From assembly GCA_019637635.1 (NCBI GenBank), contig JAHBVI010000004.1, positions 6,497 to 70,496 on the forward strand: 64,000 bases of DNA. Direction: 5' to 3'. The first letter of the stretch is position 1. Each line of letters begins with the position of its first letter. Origin of the DNA: Anaerolineae bacterium. Lineage in GTDB: Bacteria > Chloroflexota > Anaerolineae > Promineifilales > Promineifilaceae. Under the pieces are notes generated by a model. The model saw only the letters and a program-made list of their open reading frames with translations, did not search any database and was not told the DNA's origin. Below, piece by piece: positions 48,608 to 57,588 of this stretch. The translations under genes and the position numbers were made by a program.

Positions 48608-49372
48608 ATGATGCGCATTGATATTCTCACCCTCTTACCGGAAGCATTTACTTACCTGAATTACAGCATTTTGCAACGGGCGCAAACGGCCGGGCTGGTG
48701 GACATCCACCTGCACTACCTGCGTGACTTTGCCACCGGCAGACACCGCATCACCGACGAACCCCCTTTTGGCGGCGGCGGTGGCATGGTGCTGAAACCGG
48801 ACCCAATTTTCACGGCCGTAGAGAACATCCTGCAAGACCACCAGGTAAATGATCACCCCCTCACCCCCTCACCCCCTCACCCTATCATCCTAATGACGCC
48901 ACAGGGACGGCCGTTTACCCAATCTATCGCCCAGGAATTAGCCCAACATAAACGGCTGCTGCTCATTTGCGGCCGGTACGAGGGGGTGGACGAGCGGGTG
49001 CGCCAACGCCTGGTGACGGACGAAATTTCTATTGGCGACTATGTGCTGACCGGCGGAGAACTGGCGGCGATGGTGGTGGTAGATGCCGTGGTGCGGCTGC
49101 TGCCGGGCGCGCTGGGGGCTGAAGGCGCGGCGGAAACAGACAGCCACGCCACGGGCCTGCTGGAAGGCCCCCACTACACCAAACCGGCCAACTTTCGTGG
49201 TTGGGAAGTGCCTGAAGTTCTGCGCTCCGGCCATGCCGGGCAGATTGCCCGCTGGCGGCGGCAGGAGGCGCTGCGCCGCACCTGGGATCGCCGACCCGAC
49301 CTGCTGCTCACGGCCGTACTCAGCGAAGAAGACAAATGGTTCCTCGGCCAACTGGCGGCCGGCGAAGCATGA
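48608..49372 (+). CDS. trmD: tRNA (guanine37-N1)-methyltransferase
   Basis: [11 protein letters not shown].., [48 protein letters not shown]. Confidence 0.9.
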   Translation: MMRIDILTLLPEAFTYLNYSILQRAQTAGLVDIHLHYLRDFATGRHRITDEPPFGGGGGMVLKPDPIFTAVENILQDHQVNDHPLTPSPPHPIILMTPQGRPFTQSIAQELAQHKRLLLICGRYEGVDERVRQRLVTDEISIGDYVLTGGELAAMVVVDAVVRLLPGALGAEGAAETDSHATGLLEGPHYTKPANFRGWEVPEVLRSGHAGQIARWRRQEALRRTWDRRPDLLLTAVLSEEDKWFLGQLAAGEA

Positions 49373-49406
49373 GCAGGTGATATTCGTGTGGGCAAAGAGA
49401 ACGCAA

Positions 49407-49979
49407 ATGGACACAGGCGAATCTGACCTGGTTCTACCGCGCGAAAAAGGAAGTTACGCGCTTCTTTTACGGCTAGACCAGAGTGCGTGGCTGCAAATTG
49501 GGCGATTGGGGCGGTGGCCGTTTGCCGCCGGGTATTACCTCTACCTGGGCAGCGGGTTGGGACCAGGGGGATTGGCGGCGCGGCTGCGGCGTCATTTGTC
49601 GCCGGTGGAACGGCCGTTTTGGCACATAGATTATTTGCGGCGTCAGGCAGTGGTCACGGCCGTGTGGGTTCAGGAAGGCCCGGCGCGTCTGGAATGTACC
49701 TGGGCGGCGTTGGCGGCACGGCCGTTATACATCCACTTTGATACCGACATCATCAATCCGCTGGACGCACCGGCGATGAGCTACCTGGCCACAGGTGGGC
49801 CACGGGCTGCCGCGTTGACGCCGATATTTCGCCATCTGGCGCAGCGTGGTCAAGTGACGGCCGTGTCCCTCTCCACCTGGAACCCAAAGCTCGATACAAA
49901 CGGGCGAACCAGGGAAATCTGCATGGGGCTGCTCGGGGAGTTGCTAGATGCCGCCACGCAAACAGCCACAGACTTTTGA
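49407..49979 (+). pseudogene. chimeric ORF: DUF123 (GIY-YIG/Uri-like) N-terminal part fused to an arginase/ureohydrolase-family C-terminal fragment
   Basis: N-terminal GYYLYLGSG..ARLRRH..RPFWHIDYL is the DUF123 signature. From about aa 110, IHFDTDIINPLDAP...GGP...VTAVSLSTWNPKLD resembles the last third of arginase-fold enzymes, and the upstream two thirds are absent. Confidence 0.4.
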
Positions 49980-50091
49980 TTCTGTAGTCTCAGCGGTGCA
50001 TGATAATTGGCGAATGGTGGGGTAGTTGTCCATATTTGTTGTTACACTTGCTCCGGCAACCTACTACTGATTACCGATTACGGAGAACAAC

Positions 50092-51159
50092 ATGCGTGGA
50101 TGTTTACAGGCAACAGCAGGATTTGTGGCGGCGTTATTTGTGCTCACGGCCGTGACCGCCCTCATTGGTTACAACTTAATCGTCGTAGCTACTGACCGGG
50201 AAACGGTCAAGGGGCTGTTTACGGGGCTGGATGAGGTGGTGCGCCAGACCGCGCCCGCCCTCATCATCGAAGCAGCGCGACAAGAAGCGTTGGCGCGGGG
50301 CATTACCGATCTGCCCATTGATGAAAGCCAGTTGCAAACGGCCGTCGCCACCGTGATCCCCCCTGGCTGGATGGACGCCCAGGCGGAAGCGGCCGTAGAC
50401 GGGCTGTATGATTACCTGGAAACGGGCGACCCGGCGAATGCAGAAGTGACGTTGGACACACGGCCGTTGCTCGATTCGTTGCGGGGAGCGGCAGGGCAGC
50501 AGATGGTCACGGCCGTTGTCGCCAATCTGCCCCCCTGCACCACTGCCGCGCCCAATTTCACTACCGTTGGCAATGTGGACATTCCCGACTGCCTGCCACC
50601 GGGAACAAACGTGCAGCAGATCAGCGGCATGGTACATACGGCCGTTGTCAACGCCATTGATCAAAACCCAGAAATCCTGGCCAATGCTGGCGTGGTACGT
50701 ATTCCCCTCATTGGCAATGACGGCCCCACCGGATTGAGCAGCGCACAGCAGGCGCAGTGGGCGCGTGTTCAGCGCAATTTTGCCCTGGCCCGCACCTGGG
50801 GCTGGACGTTGTGGCTGGCGCCGCTGGCCTGCCTGTTTTTGCTGGTCTTGCTGGTGGTACGTTCGCTGCCTACCTGGGGGCATTGGTGGGGCTGGCCGAT
50901 GGTGATTGCCGCCGTCACCGTCCTCTTCTTCGCCATCATCACCCCGGCGCTGCTATTATTTTTGGCCCGCACGGCCGTGCCGCCGCCCACCGACCCATTG
51001 ACCCTACCGCTGCACCAGTTAGGGTTGAATCTGGTTACGGCCGTGGCCGACCGCTGGCTGGTACGCATCTATTTTCAGGCGGGCATCATGCTGGCGCTTG
51101 GTGTGGGGTTGATATTGATGGCGTTTGGGGTGACGGCCGTGCGGGAACGAGGATATTGA
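50092..51159 (+). CDS. membrane protein, unknown function (N-terminal TM, extracytoplasmic domain, C-terminal TM bundle)
   Basis: Hydrophobicity pattern only. Confidence 0.45.
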   Translation: MRGCLQATAGFVAALFVLTAVTALIGYNLIVVATDRETVKGLFTGLDEVVRQTAPALIIEAARQEALARGITDLPIDESQLQTAVATVIPPGWMDAQAEAAVDGLYDYLETGDPANAEVTLDTRPLLDSLRGAAGQQMVTAVVANLPPCTTAAPNFTTVGNVDIPDCLPPGTNVQQISGMVHTAVVNAIDQNPEILANAGVVRIPLIGNDGPTGLSSAQQAQWARVQRNFALARTWGWTLWLAPLACLFLLVLLVVRSLPTWGHWWGWPMVIAAVTVLFFAIITPALLLFLARTAVPPPTDPLTLPLHQLGLNLVTAVADRWLVRIYFQAGIMLALGVGLILMAFGVTAVRERGY

Positions 51160-51261
51160 GATATTGGTCGAGCGGCAATACCCCCATACCCCAATTTCAG
51201 TTATAATCATCCCCAATACCTTCCCTTGAACAACCGATTTCAACCACAAGGCAGGCAACCC

Positions 51262-52206
51262 ATGTATGGCAAAGAAACTGACCCTGATTACCCCACAAAA
51301 TTAGCCGAATTTGAAGCCCGCATTGCGCGCGGCGAAAAAATTGAGCCGGGCGACTGGATGCCGGAGCGGTATCGCAAACAGTTGATCCGCATGATCTCCC
51401 AACACGCCCACAGCGAAGTGGTGGGCATGTTGCCCGAAGGGGCCTGGATCACCCGCGCCCCTAACCTGCGCCGCAAACAAGTGCTGCTGGCCAAAGTGCA
51501 AGACGAAGCCGGGCACGGCCAATATCTCTACCACGCCGCCGAAACCCTGGGCGCCACCCGCGAAGAAATGCTGCAAGCCCTGCTCACCGGGCAGGCCAAA
51601 TACTCCAGCATCTTCAACTACCCTACCGTCACCTGGAGCGACATGGGGGCCATCGGCTGGCTGGTGGATGGCGCGGCCATTATGAACCAGACCATGCTGG
51701 CGCAATGTTCCTACGGCCCCTATTCGCGGGCCATGGTGCGCATCTGCGCCGAAGAAGGTTTTCACAAAAAACAGGGGCAGGAGATGATTATCCAATACGC
51801 CCAGGGCACACCAGAGCAAAAAGCCATGGCCCAGGACAGCATCAACCGCTTCTGGTGGCCCACCCTGATGATGTTTGGCCCGCACGACTCCGCCTCCACC
51901 AATTCCGATGAACTGATCCGTTGGGGCATCAAAACGAAAACAAATGACCAGCTTCGCCAGGAATTTGTTAACGAACTCGTCCCCCTGCTGCACGCTCTGG
52001 GGCTGGAAGTGCCAGACCCCAACCTGCGCTACGATAAAGAAACCGGCAACTGGGTTTCCGGCGAAATCAACTGGGACGAATTTTGGCAGGTGGTCAAAGG
52101 CCACGGCCCCATGAACGCCGCCCGCCTGCAAGCCAGACAAGAAGCCCACGAGAACGGCCGTTGGGTGCGTGAAGCCCTGGCGGCGTATGCGGAACGTGCT
52201 GTGTGA
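51262..52206 (+). CDS. paaA: 1,2-phenylacetyl-CoA epoxidase subunit A-like di-iron oxygenase
   Basis: Ferritin-like di-iron motifs ([26 protein letters not shown]) and strong PaaA-like N-terminus ([27 protein letters not shown]). Confidence 0.8.
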   Translation: MYGKETDPDYPTKLAEFEARIARGEKIEPGDWMPERYRKQLIRMISQHAHSEVVGMLPEGAWITRAPNLRRKQVLLAKVQDEAGHGQYLYHAAETLGATREEMLQALLTGQAKYSSIFNYPTVTWSDMGAIGWLVDGAAIMNQTMLAQCSYGPYSRAMVRICAEEGFHKKQGQEMIIQYAQGTPEQKAMAQDSINRFWWPTLMMFGPHDSASTNSDELIRWGIKTKTNDQLRQEFVNELVPLLHALGLEVPDPNLRYDKETGNWVSGEINWDEFWQVVKGHGPMNAARLQARQEAHENGRWVREALAAYAERAV

Positions 52207-52235
52207 GATTTTCACACAGCACGCATCACAAAAAC

Positions 52236-52778
52236 ATGGACACTCAATGGCCTCGCTACGAGGTATTCAAACAAGATCGCCCCGGCGAACCGCACGAGAG
52301 TATTGGCACGGTTCATGCGGTGGATGCGGAGATGGCGCTGCAAAACGGCCGTGACCTCTTCGCCCGCCGCCCCAAATGCCACAGCCTGTGGGTGGCCCGC
52401 GCCGACGCCATCACCAGCAAAACGGCCGAGCAACTCGCCGCCGATAATTCCTGGCAAGGAGAGATTGATCTGCAAGCAGCCACCGAAACCTATCTGGTTT
52501 TCCAAAAACAAACCGAACGGCGCGGTATGACTTTCACCACCCATGTGGGTGAAGTGCAAGCCAGTTCCCCGGCCCATGCTTTGCAACAAGCCATCGCCAC
52601 CTTCCCGGCGGAACAGGTCTTTGTGTGGTGGGTGTGCCCGGCAACGGCCGTGACCCGCAGCGAAGAAGCCGACGCCCAACCCCTATTTGCTCCTGCCAAA
52701 GACAAACTGTTCCGTATGCCCAATCAGTATCGCACAGTGTTTACCATGCAGAAGATTAAAAGAGAGATTGGAGATTAG
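52236..52778 (+). CDS. paaB: tandem (duplicated) PaaB-like protein
   Basis: aa 1-80: WPRYEVFKQ..HESIGTVHAVDAEMALQNGRDLFARR.. is the PaaB signature. A second PaaB-like module (TYLVFQKQ..THVGEVQASSPAHALQQA) is followed by the PaaB C-terminal tail (F.PAKDKLFRMPNQY). The stop TAG lies in a heptamer array. Confidence 0.7.
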   Translation: MDTQWPRYEVFKQDRPGEPHESIGTVHAVDAEMALQNGRDLFARRPKCHSLWVARADAITSKTAEQLAADNSWQGEIDLQAATETYLVFQKQTERRGMTFTTHVGEVQASSPAHALQQAIATFPAEQVFVWWVCPATAVTRSEEADAQPLFAPAKDKLFRMPNQYRTVFTMQKIKREIGD

Positions 52779-52821
52779 AGATTGGAGATGAGTGAATCTC
52801 CAATCTCTAATCTCCAATCTC
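52762..52821. repeat. inverted GAGATTG/CAATCTC arrays at the paaB/paaC junction
   Basis: gagagattggagattagagattggagat - gagtg - aatctccaatctctaatctccaatctc. Confidence 0.9.
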
Positions 52822-52830
52822 ATTCATAAC

Positions 52831-53586
52831 ATGACCCCACAAGTGCAATCCGCCCTCGCCCAAAAACTACTTTTCCTGGCCGACGATGAGTTGATCCTGG
52901 CGCACCGCAATTCGGAATGGACGGGGCATGGCCCCATTTTGGAAGAGGATATTGCTTTTACCAACATTGCCCTGGACGAGATGGGGCACGCTGCCACCTG
53001 GCACCGGCTGCGGCAGGAGTTGACGGGGGAAGATGTGGACACGGCCGTGTTCTTCCGTGACCCCGCCGCTTACCGCAATGGGCAACTGGTGGAACTGCCC
53101 ATTGGCGATTGGGCCTTCAGTATGCTGCGCCAATACCTGTTTGACGTGTACGAAATGGTACATCTGGCGCAGTTAGCCGCCAGCAGCTACCGTCCATTGG
53201 CCGAAGCCGCCGCCAAAATCCGCATCGAGGAGATTTACCACCTGCGTCATACCGCCGCCTGGGTGACACGATTAGGGTTGGGCACGGCCGAAAGCCACCG
53301 GCGGATGCAGACGGCGCTGGATACCCTCTGGCCTTATGCCCACCAACTATTTGTGAACATGCCGGAGGATGAAGAGTTGGCGGAATCGGGTACGGCCGTC
53401 CGCCCTTCGTCCCTCCTTGAAGAATGGCAGCACAACACCACCAGCCACCTGACCCAGGCCAACCTGACCATTCCCACCGACCACACCCCACCCACCACCG
53501 ACCGCGCCCACCATACCCACCACCTGACCGGCCTGCTAATGGAAATGCAATCCGTCGCCCGCCAATACCCGACGGCCGTGTGGTAA
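52831..53586 (+). CDS. paaC: 1,2-phenylacetyl-CoA epoxidase subunit C-like
   Basis: LADDELILAHRNSEWTGHGPILEEDIAFTNIALDEMGHA matches the PaaC pattern. Start set at ATG 52831; the listed 13-aa extension (MNLQSLISNLIHN) is repeat-encoded. Confidence 0.7.
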   Translation: MTPQVQSALAQKLLFLADDELILAHRNSEWTGHGPILEEDIAFTNIALDEMGHAATWHRLRQELTGEDVDTAVFFRDPAAYRNGQLVELPIGDWAFSMLRQYLFDVYEMVHLAQLAASSYRPLAEAAAKIRIEEIYHLRHTAAWVTRLGLGTAESHRRMQTALDTLWPYAHQLFVNMPEDEELAESGTAVRPSSLLEEWQHNTTSHLTQANLTIPTDHTPPTTDRAHHTHHLTGLLMEMQSVARQYPTAVW

Positions 53587-53645
53587 TTGTTTGTAGTAGG
53601 CGATTTATCGCCTTTTGAAGGCGATAAATCGCCTACTACAAACAA
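53587..53645. repeat. perfect 26-bp inverted repeat with a 7-nt loop between paaC and paaD
   Basis: ttgtttgtagtaggcgatttatcgcc ttttgaa ggcgataaatcgcctactacaaacaa. Arms are exact reverse complements. Confidence 0.95.
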
Positions 53646-53649
53646 AAAT

Positions 53650-54129
53650 ATGATGATTGAAGACATCTGGCAAGCCCTGGAAGAAGTTAAAGACCCGGAA
53701 CTTCCCCACGTCTCCGTCGTGGAAATGGGCATTGTGCGTGACGTGCAGGTTGAGGCCGGCCGCGTCCACGTGAAAATGACGCCCACCTTCTCCGGCTGCC
53801 CGGCGCTGGACGTGATGCGGCAGGACATTGCCGCGAAGGTGCGCGAACTGGGTTTTGCCCAAGTCACAGTGGAAACGGTGCTGCACCCGCCCTGGACATC
53901 TGACTGGATCGCGGATTCGGCGCGGGCCAAACTGCAACAGTTGGGCATTGCGCCTCCCATCCGGCACGGCGGCGACCTGATCCCCATTGCCTTTCTGGAT
54001 GTCGCCACCTGCCCCCGCTGCGGCTCCACCAATACCATCCTCAAAAACGCCTTTGGCCCCACCCTGTGCAAAAGCGTCTGGTACTGCCAGGACTGCCAGG
54101 ATGGGTTTGAGCAGTTTAAGGCGCTGTAA
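53650..54129 (+). CDS. paaD: PaaD-like (DUF59/SufT-like + C-terminal Zn-ribbon) epoxidase accessory subunit
   Basis: VKDPELPHVSVVEMGIV, TPTFSGCPA, and C-terminal CPRCGS...CQDC. Start moved to ATG 53650, past the palindrome. Confidence 0.75.
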   Translation: MMIEDIWQALEEVKDPELPHVSVVEMGIVRDVQVEAGRVHVKMTPTFSGCPALDVMRQDIAAKVRELGFAQVTVETVLHPPWTSDWIADSARAKLQQLGIAPPIRHGGDLIPIAFLDVATCPRCGSTNTILKNAFGPTLCKSVWYCQDCQDGFEQFKAL

Positions 54130-54133
54130 CAAC

Positions 54134-54182
54134 GAGATTGAGAGATTGGGAGAGTAAGAGATTGGTCAATGTTCCAATCTCC
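54134..54182. repeat. GAGATTG array with a partial inverted copy after paaD
   Basis: gagattg agagattg ggagagta agagattg gtcaatgtt ccaatctcc. Confidence 0.8.
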
Positions 54183-54343
54183 GAAACTCCCCATCTGCCC
54201 CGGTGTTTTCTCAATCGGCATAAGCGCCGACTTACACTGCTTGACAATTTGGTGGTTGCTTCTAAAATTGCCCCGCCATTGCAGATGGAATTCAAAATTT
54301 GAAAAAGTCCAACAGTGATGTGGCACACCTCGATGGATGAAAA

Positions 54344-54371
54344 TTCATAATTCATCCTTCATAATTCATAA
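54344..54371. repeat. AT-rich heptamer array (TTCATAA x4) upstream of acpP
   Basis: ttcataa ttcatcc ttcataa ttcataa. Confidence 0.8.
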
Positions 54372-54392
54372 TTTTCAGAGGAGATCAGGTAA

Positions 54393-54632
54393 ATGAGTGA
54401 TACACAGACTCGTATAACCGCTATTATCGTGGATTTATTAGGCGTAGACGAAGAACAGGTAGTGCCTGAAGCGCGTTTCCGCGAAGACCTGGAAGCTGAT
54501 TCGCTGGATTTGGTCGAACTCATTATGGCTTTTGAAGAAGAGTTTGGCGGCGAAATTTCCGATGATGAAGCCCAAAAAATCACGACTGTGGGCGAAGCGG
54601 TTTATTACATTGACCATCGTATGGCGGTTTAG
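54393..54632 (+). CDS. acpP: acyl carrier protein (canonical, discrete)
   Basis: [20 protein letters not shown] with the canonical DSL phosphopantetheine site. 79 aa. Confidence 0.9.
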   Translation: MSDTQTRITAIIVDLLGVDEEQVVPEARFREDLEADSLDLVELIMAFEEEFGGEISDDEAQKITTVGEAVYYIDHRMAV

Positions 54633-54638
54633 CGCCTA

Positions 54639-55343
54639 TTATTGTGTCGTGCGCCAGGCCGATTGGGCCGGCGCACGACGCTTTTGTCTCACCATTTGCA
54701 GCAGTTGCCAGCCACCGACCCCGGCAATGAGCAAATGCCCCACCCCGTTTAAGATCAATCCCCACCCATAACCAACTGATATACCCAGCAATTGCACCAC
54801 ATTGGGCTGGATTTGCAGGTATATTCCTGTTGGTTGTATAGCCCCAATCAATCCCAATATGACCAGCAGCAGCCAGCAGAGCCATTGCCGGGTCTCCAAC
54901 TTCACCAGCCAGCAAAGAATGGCGGCGACCACAATCGCCAGCAGCACCAGGCCAATCCACTGCACACGGGGGATGTATTCGTGGCGCACGGGGCCGGTGA
55001 TGTCTTCAATGGCGGGGAATGCCTGCCAGCTAATAAGCAGCGCCAGACCGCGTATAGCCCAACTCTGCCAACGGCCGTTGCCCCACAACAACGTCAGCGT
55101 CACCAACATCAGCGCCAGGGTAATCGGCGGTAAATAAAAGAGGTTGCGTTCCAGCCCCACCCCCATGAACTTGACCCACTCGCCCAACTCAATGCCCAAA
55201 AAGCTAAGACCGGCCCCCGGCCCCGGCAGCCAGACCATGAGATAACCGACGAATACGGCCGTTAGCCCAACCTGCAATATCGTCCGCGTCTGTTTCTCAA
55301 TCACTGGGCAATCAGGTAATTGAGTAATTGGGTAATTACGCAA
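54639..55343 (-). CDS. polytopic membrane protein, unknown function (start uncertain)
   Basis: Six to seven hydrophobic helices. The listed TTG start and the first ~10 codons (MRNYPITQLPD) lie inside a repeat array, so the real start is probably further downstream. Confidence 0.45.
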   Translation of the reverse strand: MRNYPITQLPDCPVIEKQTRTILQVGLTAVFVGYLMVWLPGPGAGLSFLGIELGEWVKFMGVGLERNLFYLPPITLALMLVTLTLLWGNGRWQSWAIRGLALLISWQAFPAIEDITGPVRHEYIPRVQWIGLVLLAIVVAAILCWLVKLETRQWLCWLLLVILGLIGAIQPTGIYLQIQPNVVQLLGISVGYGWGLILNGVGHLLIAGVGGWQLLQMVRQKRRAPAQSAWRTTQ

Positions 55344-55363
55344 TTACCCAATTACGCGATTAC
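55316..55363. repeat. six-unit 8-nt-period array forming a loopless palindrome
   Basis: gtaattga gtaattgg gtaattac gcaattac ccaattac gcgattac. Supplies the TAA stop of the ChlI-like gene. Confidence 0.85.
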
Positions 55364-56508
55364 TTTCGCTCCCACACGGCCGTCAGCCGGGCGTCTTCCT
55401 CGGATTGGTCGGCGAAAAATTTGTCCAGGGCGTGGCTCTGGCGTTGGCGCAGGGCCAGCAGGGCGACGGCGCGGATGTCTTCTGGGGTCACGGCCGTGCG
55501 TTCATCTGCCGCCGCATGGGCCCGCGCCGCTTCAAACAGGGTAATCTCCGCCCGACCGGACTCAATTTGCAGGGCCGCCACCAGCGCCAACCCTAACTGG
55601 CGGGCTTCATCTGTCAGTGTCACCTGCGGCAGGCGGTCACGCGCCTGCTGAATTTCGTCAGCCAGGGCAATGGTTGCTTCAGCATAACCGGCGGCAAAGA
55701 GGTCCGGCTGCCGCCGGTAAACGGTGGCTCGTTCATATGCCTGGTAGCGCAGGTCGGCGTCCGCCAGGCCGCGCACAATAGCCCGCAGCCCAAAACGATC
55801 CATTAGCTGCGGGCGCAGCCAGCCCTCCTCCGGGTTCATGGAGCCAATGAGCATGATGCGCGCCTTGTAGGTCAGCTTGAGCGGGCCGCGGCGCACGGTG
55901 TAATGCCCCTGCGCCGCCGCGTCTAACATGGCGTCGGTAATACCATCATCCAGCAAATTCACTTCGTCAATATAAACAATGTGCCCATCGGCATGGCCGA
56001 GCAGACCCCGTTCCAGCCGCACCTTCTGCTGTTCCAGCGCCAGCCGCTCGTTAATGCCGCCGACCACGTCTTCCAGACGAGAATTCAGGGGCAGCTCAAA
56101 AATACGCACTTTGTCGGTGACGGTCAGCGGGTCGCCATGACCAAATTTGGTGGCGCAATCCTTACACACGCCATCCATGCCGTATAGTTCCACATCTTCT
56201 TCGGTGCAGCCATAGGCGCACAGGCTGCGCCGGGTGGTAGGCAGCAGGTCGGTGAGGGCGCGCACGGCCGTTGTTTTGGCCGTGCCGCGTGGGCCAATGA
56301 GCAAAACGCCGCCAACGAGTGGGTTGATCAGGGAGAGGGTCAGCGCCAGCTTCATCTCATACTGGCCGACAATGGCTAAAAAGGGGAATGGCTCGACTTC
56401 GGCGACGCCGATGTCCGGCGCGGGCAAACGGCTGACCTGCCCGGCGGGGGAGGCCAGCAATATCTCCAGCAGCTTGGAGCGTGGTTGGCTGGCTGTTTCG
56501 TCACTCAT
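55360..56508 (-). CDS. ChlI/BchI-family AAA+ ATPase (Mg-chelatase subunit I-like)
   Basis: FPFLAIVGQYEMKLALTL, Walker A GPRGTAKTT, Walker B VYIDEVNLLDD, and sensor regions (GSMNPEEG.LRPQLMDRFG). Start set at ATG 56508, overlapping the thioesterase stop by 8 nt. Confidence 0.7.
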   Translation of the reverse strand: MSDETASQPRSKLLEILLASPAGQVSRLPAPDIGVAEVEPFPFLAIVGQYEMKLALTLSLINPLVGGVLLIGPRGTAKTTAVRALTDLLPTTRRSLCAYGCTEEDVELYGMDGVCKDCATKFGHGDPLTVTDKVRIFELPLNSRLEDVVGGINERLALEQQKVRLERGLLGHADGHIVYIDEVNLLDDGITDAMLDAAAQGHYTVRRGPLKLTYKARIMLIGSMNPEEGWLRPQLMDRFGLRAIVRGLADADLRYQAYERATVYRRQPDLFAAGYAEATIALADEIQQARDRLPQVTLTDEARQLGLALVAALQIESGRAEITLFEAARAHAAADERTAVTPEDIRAVALLALRQRQSHALDKFFADQSEEDARLTAVWERK

Positions 56509-56980
56509 GGCTGTCTTGTTTGTGCTGCTGCAAGCGGTAAGCCTGGCGTTGGGCGGCACGCTCAAAACGGGACCGTTCCTCGTCGGTGGTGCATAAGAGC
56601 GGGGGGACGGGAGTGGGACGGCCGTGTTCGTCCAATGCCACGTAAACAAAGTAAGCGGTATTGGTGTGGGTGGTCTGCCCGGTCAGCACATCTTCGGCAG
56701 TTACCACCACCCGCGTTTCCATGGAGGTGCGCCCCACCCAACTGACCTCGGCCGTGACCGTCATCAGGTTGCCGATGTGTACGGGTGAGTGAAAACGCAT
56801 AGAGTCTACAGCGACGGTGACCGCCGGATGGCGGGCATGTCGGATGGCCGCCATGCCGCCGGCTTCGTCACAAATTTTCATAATGTAGCCGCCATGCACA
56901 TTGCCCATGACGTTGGCGTGGGACGGCCCCATGACCTGGGTGAGGATGACGCGGGATTCGGCGGGGCTTTTGGGGGGCAT
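56501..56980 (-). CDS. hotdog-fold acyl-CoA thioesterase (YciA/BFIT-like)
   Basis: ANVMGNVHGGYIMKICDEAGGMAA and the downstream pattern VTVAVDSMRFHSPVHIGN. Confidence 0.75.
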   Translation of the reverse strand: MPPKSPAESRVILTQVMGPSHANVMGNVHGGYIMKICDEAGGMAAIRHARHPAVTVAVDSMRFHSPVHIGNLMTVTAEVSWVGRTSMETRVVVTAEDVLTGQTTHTNTAYFVYVALDEHGRPTPVPPLLCTTDEERSRFERAAQRQAYRLQQHKQDSHE

Positions 56981-56992
56981 AGGGGAGCAGGG

Positions 56993-57083
56993 ATCGTAAT
57001 CCGTAATCCGTTATCCGTAAGCCGTAAGCCGTAAGCCGAAACCAGATGTCGGATTACGGCGCACGAGTTACGGATTACGCATC
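56993..57083. repeat. inverted heptamer arrays (TCCGTAA/GCCGTAA x6 then CGGATTA-type x5)
   Basis: atcgtaa tccgtaa tccgtta tccgtaa gccgtaa gccgtaa ... cggatta cggcgca cgagtta cggatta cgcatca. Abuts the stop of the 57082 ORF. Confidence 0.9.
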
Positions 57084-57462
57084 AGTCCATATCCGGCCTG
57101 GTTTCCGAAACGTAGCTTAACTTTTCGGGGAACTCCTCAAACATGTCAATAATCTGGTGCGGCAGCGCGGGAAACATGGGAGGGAGGGGCACGGCCGTGG
57201 GTAGTTTCAGGCGTTGTGGTTGTGGCGGCGGTTTCATCATGGGCCGGTCAATCGGGCGGGACCGTTTACGCAGCAAGCGTTGATCATCACTCAGAAAGCC
57301 GAGATACGAGCCGCCGGTATCAAAAACTTCACGTCCCACGACAAAACCAATCCATTCCCCATCCACGTTAAAGACGTTACCTTTTTCATACACAGCCACC
57401 CACTCGCCATCTGATCGGTAAATTGGAATCATTTCTCCTCTTATTGTGACTACAGGTCGCAA
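57082..57462 (-). CDS. small hypothetical protein (repeated GEW[IV] beta-strand motifs)
   Basis: ORF with repeated DGEWVAV / DGEWIGFV / GGSYLGFL strands, then a Pro-rich tail. No confident family. Confidence 0.4.
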   Translation of the reverse strand: MRPVVTIRGEMIPIYRSDGEWVAVYEKGNVFNVDGEWIGFVVGREVFDTGGSYLGFLSDDQRLLRKRSRPIDRPMMKPPPQPQRLKLPTAVPLPPMFPALPHQIIDMFEEFPEKLSYVSETRPDMD

Positions 57463-57588
57463 CAGCCAACGTGAAGGGCACGATGCGACAATACGCTGAC
57501 TTTGGTTCCATATTATGCCAGCAGCATTATAGTGAAGGGGGCACGGGTGGGCAACTTATGTGATGAGGCGAACGACCGGCTAATTTGG

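Noticed and set aside
48608-49372. The TrmD insertion ([15 protein letters not shown]) and its separation from rimM/rplS as something unusual.
   Set aside because: It is a short Pro-rich loop insertion in a variable region, and gene-order variation around trmD is common. Not distinctive enough to report.
55360-56508. The ChlI/BchI-like gene as evidence of (bacterio)chlorophyll biosynthesis or phototrophy.
   Set aside because: There is no bchD/bchH or any other photosynthesis gene in 64 kb. ChlI-family AAA+ proteins occur widely outside phototrophs, so the context does not support that call.
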